From contig NC_068981.1 in NCBI RefSeq assembly GCF_001194135.2, forward strand, positions 80,849,473-80,913,472: a stretch of 64,000 bases of DNA, given 5' to 3'. The translations under genes were made by a program, and so were the position numbers. Positions 50,219 to 61,185 of this stretch are shown here, one piece after another. How positions within the stretch are numbered: the stretch's first letter is position 1; each line of letters starts with the position of its first letter. The stretch comes from Octopus bimaculoides. Taxonomy: Eukaryota. The notes under the pieces were generated by a model. The model was given only the letters and a program-made list of their open reading frames with translations, was not told the origin of the DNA and searched no databases.

Positions 50219-51015
50219 GCCAATGCGAGCGGCGACTGAAAGATTAAGCCGCTGCTCGTTTATCATTCGGAAAACCCCAGAGCCTTTAAGTCACATAAGA
50301 TTCTGAAAGAAAAACTGCAGGTTATATGGAGGGCTAACCCAAAGGCGTAAGGTCACCGGGCAGTTCTTTGTGGAGTGGATGAATTTGGTCTTTGGTCCTG
50401 ACGTTAAGAAATATCTCCATGAAAAGAACCTACTCCTGCAGGCCCTTCTCGTCCTGGACAATGCATCTGCTCACCCACCTAACCTCGAAGATGACATCCT
50501 CGAAGAGTTCAAGCTTATAAAGGTTCTCTACCTTCCACTCAACACCACCCCTATCCTGCAGCCCATGGGCCAGCTGGTGATTTATAATTTCAAGAAGCTC
50601 TTCACCAAGCACCTGTTCTGCCGCTGCTGTTTGGTGACGGAGAGCACAAACCTCACCCTTCGAGAGTTCTGGAAGGACCCCCATAACATCGTGATATACC
50701 TCAGAATCTTCGATATGACTTGGCTGGGTGTTACAAAGAGGACTTTGACCTCTGCGTGGAAGAAGCTGTAGCCTGAGGTTGTGTCTGAAACGGTCGTTGA
50801 AAGAGTCGAACCCGAAACGGCAGTAGTGGAAGAGGTCCCTCGGTAGTTCCATGAGCTTGGGCATGGATGAAGGTGACATCAACGAGCTCATCGATAGCAC
50901 TCCGAGGAGCTGACAACGGAGGAACCAAAGGAGCTACAGACGCTGCAACACACGGAAGTTTTGCAAGAAGTAGGTAACGCGAAAGAGGCGGAGGAGGTTA
51001 TCTCTACAAGTATAA

Positions 51016-51036
51016 ACACACGCACGCACGCACGGA

Positions 51037-51092
<56 letters not shown>

Positions 51093-51194
51093 CATACATA
51101 CATACACACATATATATATATACATATATATATATACATACATATATATATATACATACATATATATATATACATACATATATATATATACATA
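51016..51194. repeat. (GCAC)n followed by (TA)n/CATA compound microsatellite running into gap 51195-51679
   Basis: Direct reading. Confidence 0.95.
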
Positions 51195-52169
51195 NNNNNN
51201 NNNNNNNNNNNNNNNNNNNNNNNNNNNNNNNNNNNNNNNNNNNNNNNNNNNNNNNNNNNNNNNNNNNNNNNNNNNNNNNNNNNNNNNNNNNNNNNNNNNN
51301 NNNNNNNNNNNNNNNNNNNNNNNNNNNNNNNNNNNNNNNNNNNNNNNNNNNNNNNNNNNNNNNNNNNNNNNNNNNNNNNNNNNNNNNNNNNNNNNNNNNN
51401 NNNNNNNNNNNNNNNNNNNNNNNNNNNNNNNNNNNNNNNNNNNNNNNNNNNNNNNNNNNNNNNNNNNNNNNNNNNNNNNNNNNNNNNNNNNNNNNNNNNN
51501 NNNNNNNNNNNNNNNNNNNNNNNNNNNNNNNNNNNNNNNNNNNNNNNNNNNNNNNNNNNNNNNNNNNNNNNNNNNNNNNNNNNNNNNNNNNNNNNNNNNN
51601 NNNNNNNNNNNNNNNNNNNNNNNNNNNNNNNNNNNNNNNNNNNNNNNNNNNNNNNNNNNNNNNNNNNNNNNNNNNNNNNACACACACATATATACATATA
51701 TATATACACACACACATATATACATATATATACACACACACACATTGTGTGTGTGTGTGTGTGTGTGTCACGATGGCGCCCCTACAACCCCATCATGAAA
51801 TTGAGTCTATGGCATTAGATGGCATATATATATATATATATGAGTATATGCATATATGAGTATATGCATATATATGTACGTGTATGTACATACCTTCATC
51901 TACATGTATATATAGATGCATATCTGGGTACAGGACGTTGGAAAAAAACATAGACAAAATGATAAACAAGGTACAAAAAACACGCAGGCCACATAGAGAA
52001 CATTTCCTTCATCAGCTGCCACCATTATAACACTGGTGTTTTGAACACACGCACATGCATTCAATTTTAATAATCGTTAGAGTATCGGATATAATGCGTC
52101 AACGATATTTGTTATAGCTTTGTGCCCTGAGTTCATATCTCGCTGAAGTCAACTTTGCCGTTAACCGTT

Positions 52170-53900
52170 TTGTAATTCACAAATAAATTCTCCCTCTCCG
52201 GCCGTCATATCGAGGCAGCCCTTGAGTCACCTGCTACTCTCCAGGTCTTCAAGCCCTATACAAGCTTATACAGTAGACCCAAAAAGTCCCGCACCCTTAA
52301 AAGTGCCGTCCGGGGCAGACCGACCTCTCGCAAGCTCTTTCCCTCGCTACGCTACTGTTTACTCAACGTACCGCCGGAACAATCACGGAAGGGTCGAAAG
52401 GGTGTCTGTATCCGGTCCGACTAGACAGACACCGAAAACAGTTAGCGAAAACATGCTACACGTTGATACCGATTGCATGTGACAGCAATTGATGTGTGTG
52501 TGTGTGTGAGTGTGTGTGTGTATATGTTCAAATATCCACACACACACACACTTGACTATTCACCTTCGCCTCCTTACATTTGCTTTTTTTACTCTCCGCA
52601 ATACCAACAGATCTTTAGTTGTTTCTAACCTACCCCCCTTTACTCTTTTACAAATCAACAATGTGCCAAACACTATCAGTGATGTTTACAATACTAACAC
52701 GGCCAAACGCACAAGTTTGTAAACCAACTAACTCCCCGTCACACGAGCCCCAGCTGATAAAACGATCTCGTGGCTGCGCCAGTTCACAGCGAATCCTAAT
52801 ATTCTCAGCTGAATCTGCCACAACCGTTGGTGGTTTTCCTTTTTTTTTTTTCTCTTTTCTTTCTTTCTTTCTTTTAATGACTTCCAATAATTGGCTACAA
52901 AAAATAAATGAATAAATAAACAATTCTGAAACTATTTATTTTTGTTTGTTTCGGAATATTCAAATGCAAATGTGGGAGATCGCTTGGTCGTAAAATTTTT
53001 TCTCCGTCGCTTCACAAAACAACCGGCTACATACTTTGTCATAACTACATATGGTTTAACTGACGAACTGGCTGAATACACTTCACATCGTTAAGAGTTC
53101 TTGATAAAGTAATTCAGTTATTCTCATTTTATTTTCATTTTCAAAAATTTCCAAATCTTCGTCCTTCCGTCAACTCAACCATCTACCAATCCAACTTCAC
53201 AAAAAGTTTGTTTTTTTTCTTTCGTAGAAATACATCTACTACTCCTCTGTCACTATATTTTTCGTCTCAAGTAGTTTTATACAACTCTGTTTTCTTACAG
53301 CACTACTGCCTTCCACCCATTTCATTTTATTTACTTTGTTTCTTTATATATATCTATCTATCTCTTTCCCCCATTCATTCACTCTATCCATTCATTCAAT
53401 ACATGCTTCGACTCGTTGTCGTCACAACTTTCTCTCCGTCGCAGTTTGATTTACACGGTTCCTCACTGTTCCCTCTCTTACTTCCTTTCTCTCTCTCGCT
53501 CACTCACAAACACACACTCTCAGACACATTCTCACTCACACACACATACTCTCACACTCACACAAACACTTTAATTGCTATCTTGTTTCGCAGCCGTCGT
53601 CAATAGCACAAGCGGCCTACAAGTTAGCTGTCACTTCCCATTGTCAGACAGCTACCGAGACAGAAAAAAGAAAAAATACTAATAAAAACGACGAAAGCCA
53701 AACAAAACAACCCCTCCCCTTTACATTCTCCTTTTTTCCTGTCACATTTCAATCCCAAACCCATTAGAAGCACTTCGACCTGACCGGGTGGATCGAGTAC
53801 CTACAACAGTACTTCCTTTCGTTGTCGAGCACGGATAAACTCTACCATCCTTATTATTTTTGTTTTATTTTTTTTTTTTTCGCCGAAACACTGCTTAGTT
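52170..53900. promoter_or_regulatory. Possible promoter/5' region of a host gene (repeat-poor, CpG-retaining)
   Basis: About 1.7 kb with no clear SINE or MITE, many CpGs, pyrimidine-rich tracts and TGACAG-type motifs near 53625-53650; no ORF recognised. Inference only. Confidence 0.3.
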
Positions 53901-54098
53901 TTTGAAACAACTATCTCTACGTGTAGACACAGTCTGTCCGACTCGAACCCTTGTCGGCAGGGATATAAATGAACAGTTGAATGGTCGGGACAGGATCAGG
54001 ACTACCGTTTTAACACCAACGACTTCTCAGGTGAGGCATGTTTATATACACAATTTATTAAATGCCAACACTTCGAACTTACCCAGACAGTGAAGCTG

Positions 54099-54131
<33 letters not shown>

Positions 54132-54169
54132 GTGTGTGTGTGTGTGTGTGTTTGTGCTTAGAGACATTT

Positions 54170-54510
54170 CGTTCAACTTAACGTTCTGATTTTAAATTCT
54201 GTCGAAGTCGACTTTGCCTTTAGGGCCGATGAAATAAGTACCAGTTGAGCACTGGAGTCGATGTCACCTTCTTCTCTCCTAAAATTTCAGACCTTGTGCC
54301 TATAATAGAAAGGTCTAACATGCATCAAGGTGGTGAACTGGTTGTCGTTTGGGAGGACGAGTCGGAAAAAATGTCTTGTACGGGTTTTTTGCAGTTAACA
54401 CGTTTTAAGTTCAAATCCCGCTAAGATCTACTTTGCCTTTCATTCCCCCGGAATCAATAATAAAATGTATCAGTCTCTCAGAATTGCTGTCCTTGTTCCT
54501 AATTCCGAAA
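54170..54510 (+). mobile_element. Two tandem degenerate SINE A copies
   Basis: gtcgactttgcctt..ataagtaccagttgagcactggagtcgatg; second copy gttcaaatcccgctaagatctactttgcctttcattc. Confidence 0.7.
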
Positions 54511-54689
54511 CCATTATTATACTGTTATTGTTATTTAGCCTCAGGTGAGTCCGGATCCAGCAGACTTATGTTCAAAACTGTAGCTATCCTGTTTGTTTTT
54601 GTTGCTGTTGTTTTGGAGTGTAGTGTACCTATGATTACATTACCTATTGCGTTCCTTCCAGTTTTAAGACATAAAGAACTTGACTGCTA

Positions 54690-54965
54690 TTTCTAACTGA
54701 ACCATGTAGAAGCTTCCTCGTTGGATCGAGAATGTTAGATGTTGTATTTGTTGTTTTAGCTCTAATTTAACCTTGACCGAGCAGTCTCTGATTAAAGGCA
54801 TTCTAGACATGACCATCCTGCCTTTATTTTTCCTTCAGTGCACTGAACTTAAGACCACATTACGCAACGTACTCATTTCTAAGATAGTAGGATGTGACAT
54901 GAAAGAGATTTGACAGCTGTTACTAGCAAGGCAAGGTATCATGTAGGAGTTTCCTCGTTGAATCA
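54690..54965 (+). repeat. Best-preserved family D unit, with terminal direct repeat
   Basis: accatgtagaagcttcctcgttgg at 54701 recurs as atcatgtaggagtttcctcgttga at 54938 (period ~237). Confidence 0.7.
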
Positions 54966-55499
54966 TGTGTGCTAAATATTTACATTGTTTATGCTTAAAG
55001 GCGGCGAGCAGACGGAGTTCCTAGAACACTGATTCTCAACCATGAGCACGGAAACTAACGAACGAATTTCGACAGGTCGATGATAAGTCTGAGAGCTATT
55101 CCGATCGATTGCCTTAAAATCCTACTGAATTTCTATAATTAAATATTATTAGGAATTGTATAATAAAATTATTAATAGAAAGATGAATTTTATTCAACGC
55201 ATAGATACTGAACAGTATAGATAGAAAGGATAAAATCCTTTTTTTCTTTTTAAAAGCAGAAAAATTTGTCGGCAATTTATCTTTCTACTTGTTCTACCAT
55301 ACATTTCAGCGCTTCGAAAAACAAACTTCTTTGTTTACATACGGCGTAAAATTATTAATATTTTGTATATTGTAGAAGTGTAACCAATTTATTGCACATA
55401 GTTTTTAACAACAAAATCTTATGTTGACCCTGGTTGAGAACCACTGTCCTTGGGCGTCGGTAAAAAAAAATAAAAAAATAAAAATTGCGATATTTATTC

Positions 55500-55625
55500 T
55501 GGGTCTTTACGTTCAGAGTTCAGATTCTGCTAAAGTCAACTTTTCTTTTTATCCTTTCGGGGGTCGGTGGTATCTATTAACCCCCCCCCCCTCAAAACTG
55601 CTGGCCTTGTGCCCAAATCGGAAGC
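55500..55625 (+). mobile_element. Partial SINE A
   Basis: ctttacgttcagagttcagattc..atcctttcggggg..aaaactgctggccttgtgcccaaa. Confidence 0.7.
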
Positions 55626-55690
55626 GATTCTGTCATTTTGTTGTGATTCTATATAATGTTTGTGTGTCGCATTGTGTGCACATGTGGGTA

Positions 55691-55970
55691 TCTTTTATTT
55701 GTTTCAGTCGTCGTACCCCAGTGGGTACTTATTCTATCGCTCCCTTTTGCCGGACGTAAACAAATCAACAGCGGTTGTCAAGTGATATTGGAGTTAGTAG
55801 AACAAACAGTCTCACACACACACATACACATGACGGGCTCCCACACAGTTCCCGTCTACCAAATTCACTACCAGTGCGTTGGTTAGCCTGGCGGCTATAA
55901 TGAAAGTTACTTGCACAGGGTGACGTCCTATAGGACTGAACACGAAACCCCATGGTTGCAAAGCGGACTA
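55691..55970 (-). mobile_element. SINE B with internal deletion
   Basis: gtacttattctatcg..ggacgtaaac..gcggttgtcaag..caaattcactac..cttgcacagggtg..ggactgaacacgaaacc. Confidence 0.75.
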
Positions 55971-56234
55971 TTTATATTTTTCTCTTTCATTTGGCCCTCA
56001 TCTCCTGATAGACTTGGGACATACATCGGGTCTCCAGTATTTTAAAACCTAGATGAGCCTGTCCTTTCATTCCAGGTCTGATTGNNNNNNNNNNNNNNNN
56101 NNNNNNNNNNNNNNNNNNNNNNNNNNNNNNNNNNNNNNNNNNNNNNNNNNNNNNNNNNNNNNNNNNNNNNNNNNNNNNNNNNNNNNNNNNNNNNNNNNNN
56201 NNNNNNNNNNNNNNNNNNNNNNNNNNNNNNNNNN

Positions 56235-56631
56235 CCAGTACTGGAACGGTACTTTATTTATTGGCCCCCAAAAGAATAAAAGGCAAAGATGACAGCGGCT
56301 AGATTCGAACTTAAATCGCAGAGAACTGAAACGAACATCAAGGCATTCAAACTGACGCTCTAACGAATCAGCCTACTTTGGTGTCAATTTAATTTTACGC
56401 TCTGTTGCTGTTTGGTCCCAGGTTAGCTCCCTAATTCTTCGTCTTATTCTATTCGCATCTATGAATGCTCTCTAGATAAAAATTAGACTCGTGCTTTATT
56501 TTGTCGACCTCGGAAGGAATAAAAAGCTAAGTTAATCGCGGTAGGATATGAACTCCGAACGTAAAGGACTGTGATTAAATACCACAGGTATCTTGTCTGA
56601 TGATTTAACGATTCAACCAATCTGCCACCTA
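56235..56631 (-). mobile_element. Two degenerate SINE A copies
   Basis: ggtactttatttattggccccaaaagaataaaaggcaaag (56235-56377) and ttttgtcgacctcggaaggaataaaaagc..tgaactccgaacgtaaagg (56488-56631). Confidence 0.6.
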
Positions 56632-56792
56632 ATTAAGCAAGCTCATAATCAAATGCGTTTCAACCTTGACCATTCTGTCTTTTGGCATCACTAGAATTAC
56701 CCAGTCAGTGTGTTTTTTTTCTTTTTTAAGATAGTAGAATGTGAGATGAGGGTGATTTGTTATTTCTTGTAGGCTGAGCAACAATGCAGAGG

Positions 56793-56823
<31 letters not shown>

Positions 56824-57239
56824 TGTAGTACTGCATATGTGCGCGACTTCTGTGGTGTGCGGTGTGTAAGCTTTAATTTGACTCCGTCTAATCTTGATGC
56901 GCGAATGTGTTATGGTAGTAGTGTGTGTGACCATGTTTGCTGTGCGTGTAATGGATACGTTAATAGATATAATGTGTTTCATCAGTCGACATCACTCTAG
57001 AATTGTATCCTCACTGTAATGTTATAAAAATAAAGGGACTGTCTTATTACACATGTGTGGTCCATCAAACTATACACCGTTCCCCTTTTTTCTGGTGGTT
57101 CGGAAAATCTCACGCTTCATATTTTTCTAAGAATCTCAAAAACCATCGTACTTCCTATTTTTCACGATAAATCACAGCACTTTAACGTTATATTTTTGCA
57201 GTCAGTTCAACACTGGAGTTTCGTTTGTTTTTCCTTCGC

Positions 57240-57480
57240 TCTTTATTTCTCCTGGCTTGGTGTGGAGGTAGCGGGTGCGCCTATATGGCGTTTGTAAATC
57301 GTCCGACACTGATTGAAACGGTTGTTTTTCTTGAACATCTGAAGGCTGTCGGTAGACAGGAAAGGAATTCCAGTCCAGTGATGTTCTATGAAGGCAGGGC
57401 CGAGAATAGTGGTTAGTGTAGGGCCCACTTCCATTCAGGCTCACCCGATTTATTCTCGTGAGCCTACATGAAGGTGGTAC
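57240..57480 (-). pseudogene. Decayed 3' coding end of a CR1/Jockey-group LINE
   Basis: Minus-strand TNHYSRPCLHRTSLDWNSFP resembles the T.HY..SFF.RTS.LWNSLP C-terminal motif of this group. Confidence 0.45.
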
Positions 57481-57689
57481 GAGATAAAGCAGTTTTGAAG
57501 GGTGGAGGTCACTCTCATAGGCGACAGTATACCTCTGTGAAGCAAAGATTGTTTGGTGTACGACTTTAGGCCAATCGACAGGTTAACATCGAACTAACAT
57601 TGCTATTACAAAACTAGTAAAGATCTACGACTAATTTGAAGAGAATATAATCAATGCGTTTAAAATGTAGGTGAATAGGAGAATGTTTT

Positions 57690-58012
57690 TAGTTTGTTAC
57701 AAGAACCAATCGGACAAATGAATGGGTGTTACAGCTAGTCGGTAAAAGACAACTAAACAATGTGAAAAACAAAAGCTCATCTGTTGTGGACATATTCGAA
57801 GAAGAAGAGGTCTGGAAAACATTATCATGGAAGGATGAATAGAGGGAAGTAGATCAAGATACAAGCAAAAAATGCAATAGGTGGACAATATCACGAGCTA
57901 GTTGGACAAGAGTGACAAGGCAGCTGGAGAACTAACCCTTAATCGGGGAGACTTCCATTGTAGTGTCATCAATGCGCTGCAGGCGTACGATACATGACGA
58001 CGACGACGACGA
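57690..58012 (+). pseudogene. Decayed 3' end of an RTE-clade LINE
   Basis: KQKLICCGHIRRRRGLENIIMEG*IEGSRSRYKQKMQ*VDNITS* matches the RTE C-terminal RKL.YFGHI.R..LEK.IMEG.IEG.R.RGR..W.DNI pattern; ends in a (GAC)n tail. Confidence 0.75.
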
Positions 58013-58620
58013 CTATAGTGGTTATCTGTGGGTTTGATTTAGGGTGCGTGTAACTACTTCAGAGCTTCGGAGAGAAATTTAGCCAGGTAAATCATGATTG
58101 CTTTCTATCCCCTAAAATGGAAAGATCTCAAAAATCAAAGGGAGGGTTGTGAGTTTTTTTGTAGTGTGGGAAGGAGCTTGTTCTTGACTTTCCAGGCTAA
58201 AGGCCGATGTACCGGCTAAACTTTCCCCACAACTCCACCCCATCTTTCATAGTCACTGGGTAAAATAAAGTTGCAATGGTCAGGTTATAAGTATACTTTG
58301 ATATTTAATACAAGGTAGTTGTGAATGATTTTGAAACTTCGAAATATCCTACTGAACCATATTGATAGTTAATAAAATATAGTATTAAAGTGTATCATAT
58401 TTAATGTATATAAACCGTTGATAGGCCATTTAAAGCTGTATTCGTCTTGAAATAACATCTTTTATGGATGTGTTGAGTGGAAAATAATAAATGTCGGACA
58501 AAGATGAAAATTCATCCAGGCAGCTGCTCGCGAGATTGCTTGATTTATTTTGGCCGTTTGAGGGATTTTTAATGACGCATACTCACAGCCAGCCACATGC
58601 TCAGACGAGAATTCTCTCTT

Positions 58621-58709
58621 CTTATCTTTATTAGGCACTACGGCCCGAACACAGAGGGGGGGGGGCACCACAAGGACAGACAACACGTGGGGTACATTTA
58701 ACGAATGAT
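58621..58709 (-). mobile_element. 89-bp 5'-truncated retroposed insertion with 15-bp TSD
   Basis: CGAGAATTCTCTCTT at 58606-58620 and 58710-58724; the insert ends in ..ctaataaagataag on the minus strand. Confidence 0.8.
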
Positions 58710-58899
58710 CGAGAATTCTCTCTTGTCGACCGGCTACTGGTCTATTTATAATGGCTGGCTACTACCACTTTTTTACCGGGAGGGGTGTACAGTTTCACTA
58801 TACAACATTAATATAGAACTGAAAATCGTTAATATACTATTACATGAATGTGATGCTTAACACAAACTACTATTGAAAAAATATAATTGCTGCCATAGA

Positions 58900-59260
58900 T
58901 CAACAATGGAATATTACTTCTGTATTTGGCAACATCCGCGAAAGTATCCAAAATGGAACTAATCGACAACAAGTCACTCATCAATATATTTCAACCTCTA
59001 AGGTTATCCATACGCTCTCTTCTCTGTCTTGGCTACCTACATTGGCTTCCGTTCCTCAGATCGAGCTGGTAGAGCATAACACCTCAACAGGAGTGTACTC
59101 GACTTATTTGTTTCTCCTCATCTCAACACTCGTCGTGTGTCTTCTCTCCCAGGACCCACACTGCTATTTATACTCAATGTTTCCTTCTCAAAATGTCAAC
59201 GTTTTAGAAATCTTCTCCCGTTCATGTTTTACCCTGATGGTCAGTTTGGTATCGCCAGTC
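58900..59260 (+). pseudogene. Decayed 3' coding end of a CR1/Jockey-group LINE
   Basis: Fragments KMELIDNKSLINIFQPL and PRTHTAIYTQCF..ST.*KSSPVHVLP resemble the IRLI...L...LQPL.HRR and PR.RT..Y..SF..LWNSLP..VFP motifs. Confidence 0.5.
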
Positions 59261-59303
59261 GGAAGAATTAGAAAGATAATGGATACAGTTCTTTCCTAAC
59301 TGG

Positions 59304-59348
<45 letters not shown>

Positions 59349-59867
59349 TCTGTTAGTGAGAAAGAGTGTGTGAGAGTGTTATTGACTTATACGGACGTTA
59401 CTCACTTTCATAGTCCAATTATTAACTACCGTATATACTCGTATATTAGTCGAATTTTTTAGACCATTTTTTAAGGTCAAATTTACGGAGTCGACTATGG
59501 ATGCTACTTTTTAGGGGCTGAAATTCAAGCTAGAATCCGAAGTACCTTACCACTAGTAGAATCCCAACTGATCTCTAAGCGAATACAAACTAAAGCACAA
59601 TAAATTACAGTAATATTACCAATTCTATGCATCGAAACACACGTCCTAGTAAATAATAAAACCTATTAACAAGACCGCGTAGTTCTTATAAATATTTATA
59701 CATTCTCTTTTATTTGTATCCATTAAATTTAACAGACTAGCTGAGTGAAATCAATTTGTATCTCATAACGTTAATACACTTCGGCCTAGGTGCTATCGTA
59801 TTCACGCTCACGATCAGTTGCCATTTCATGGAATGCGTTCGCCACATGATTCTTATAAGGTAAACTG

Positions 59868-60649
59868 GGATCTTTCTGAATTGACGGGCACCACTTTTCA
59901 TTTATGTTTTATGTAGTGTTTTTGGTACCGAAACACTTTCAAACTTCGTATACTTGTATATTTTGTGTTATAGAACAGATAAAAATTTTTGTATTCGAAG
60001 TTATTTCATGTAAAAAATTGTCGTATTTCGGTAATTTCAACCAATCACTGACGTCTATTGAGGTGAAAATAATTACTGCCGTGGAATGTAAACATGTTCT
60101 AACGGTGTCATGGGAGCTTTTCCCTTGAAGAAAATTAGTGCCGTTGTTTGTCAACAACAATTATCAGTGGTACTGTTATTTATGACATCGTTCGTGCGTT
60201 TGTACTGGTTTTAGCTTTAGGGTTTTAGGGTTCGGGTTTTAGAGTTAGGGTTAGTTTTAGGGTTATGATTATTTTTGCCATAACCTCACTCATAACCCTA
60301 ACCCTAAAACCCTATAACTCATAACCCTAACCCTAAAACCCTATAACTCATAACCCTAACCCTAACTCTAAAACCCGAACCCAAACCCTAAACCCTTACC
60401 AGGGAATAACGATCTTGACACCGGCAAAATTATTGTTTACAAAAACAGCAGTAACTGTATTCAGCTGAATAGACGTCAGTGATTGGTTGAAATTACAGAA
60501 ATACGACAACTTTAACATGAAATAACTTGCGATGTACAAATTTTTGTTAAGAAGAAAAAGATGTTTTATATGACACATTCTACCAGTATCCCAAGTTTGA
60601 AAGTGTTTCGTTGAGAAAACAAGTGGTGCCCGTCAATTCAGAAAGATCC
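59868..60649. mobile_element. GGATC-ended foldback DNA transposon (Merlin-like) with ~220-bp TIRs and a telomere-like core
   Basis: ggatctttctgaattgacgggcaccactt pairs with aagtggtgcccgtcaattcagaaagatcc; flanks GTAAACTG and GTAAAGGG (6 of 8, decayed TSD). The Merlin call rests on GG termini plus 8-bp TSD. Confidence 0.8.
60208..60397. repeat. Inverted telomere-like (TTAGGG/CCCTAA-variant) array
   Basis: tttagggttttagggttcgggttttagagttagggttag faces ataaccctaaccctaaaaccct repeated units. Confidence 0.85.
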
Positions 60650-60765
60650 GTAAAGGGTGTTGTGTTCTGTATATATGTTGTCACACAGAAAAAAAAAAGT
60701 TGCAGTATGTCATGTGCAGTTATCAGTAAATGTCCATAATATGGTGTAGAGTTGTTAATCTGTAG

Positions 60766-60887
60766 CAGGGGTTCCCAAAGTGTGTTCTGCAAACCCCCCA
60801 GACTTCCCTGAAAGTTATCAGGGGTTCCACGTTTTTAAAAATAATGTCGAAGGATTCCACGGCAAAAAAAAAGTTTGGGAACCACTG
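60766..60887. mobile_element. hAT-type MITE, 122 bp
   Basis: 14-bp TIRs CAGGGGTTCCCAAA and TTTGGGAACCACTG; TSD not conserved. Related single termini at ~15770-15780 and ~30028-30040. Confidence 0.75.
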
Positions 60888-61185
60888 ATCGAGCGATTAA
60901 CTAGATGTATTTAGGCTTACCGAAATCATGCCTTTGTACGAATTCATACAAGGGTGTTTGCTGTTGTTCGCCGATAGTGTTGTCTGTGAAACACGTTTCT
61001 CACCATGTAAACAGACGAGCGGAGATGAGGAAAATATAAATGTGGCATAAGAATCACTGATCTAGCGATTAATTGAATGTTTTTAGGCTTATCAGTCATG
61101 CCTTTGTACGAATTCAGACAGTGGCGTTTGCCAGTGTTCGTCAACAGTGCTGTCTGTGAAACACGTTTCTCACCATGTAAACAAT
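60882..61185. repeat. Tandem duplication, unit ~175 bp
   Basis: cactgatc(g/t)agcgattaa..taggctta..tcatgcctttgtacgaattca..gtctgtgaaacacgtttctcaccatgtaaaca occurs twice. Confidence 0.85.

Larger units (their letters stand above)
49452..51012 (+). pseudogene. Tigger/pogo-family (CENP-B-like DDE) transposase remnant, interrupted by a hAT insertion
   Basis: VRHGEAAS, QHVFNCGET*LFWKKMP, KPMKDRLTLALCAN|ASGD*KIKPLLVYHSENPRAFK, WRANPKA*, LLVLDNASAHP, YLPLNTTPILQPMGQ, SAWKKL, GDINELI; stops and frameshifts; ends at a (GCAC)n tract and gap. Confidence 0.92.

Noticed and set aside
50430-50900. 156-aa minus-strand ORF
   Set aside because: Antisense shadow of the GC-rich Tigger transposase.
51995-52050. 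CUGAUGA with an upstream AAAC and acac-ca-gtgt on the minus strand as a type II hammerhead
   Set aside because: GAAA is mutated and no stem I hairpin can form; at most an eroded repeat.
60208-60397. True telomere or chromosome-fusion scar
   Set aside because: The repeats are degenerate and lie centrally within a TIR-bounded transposon.
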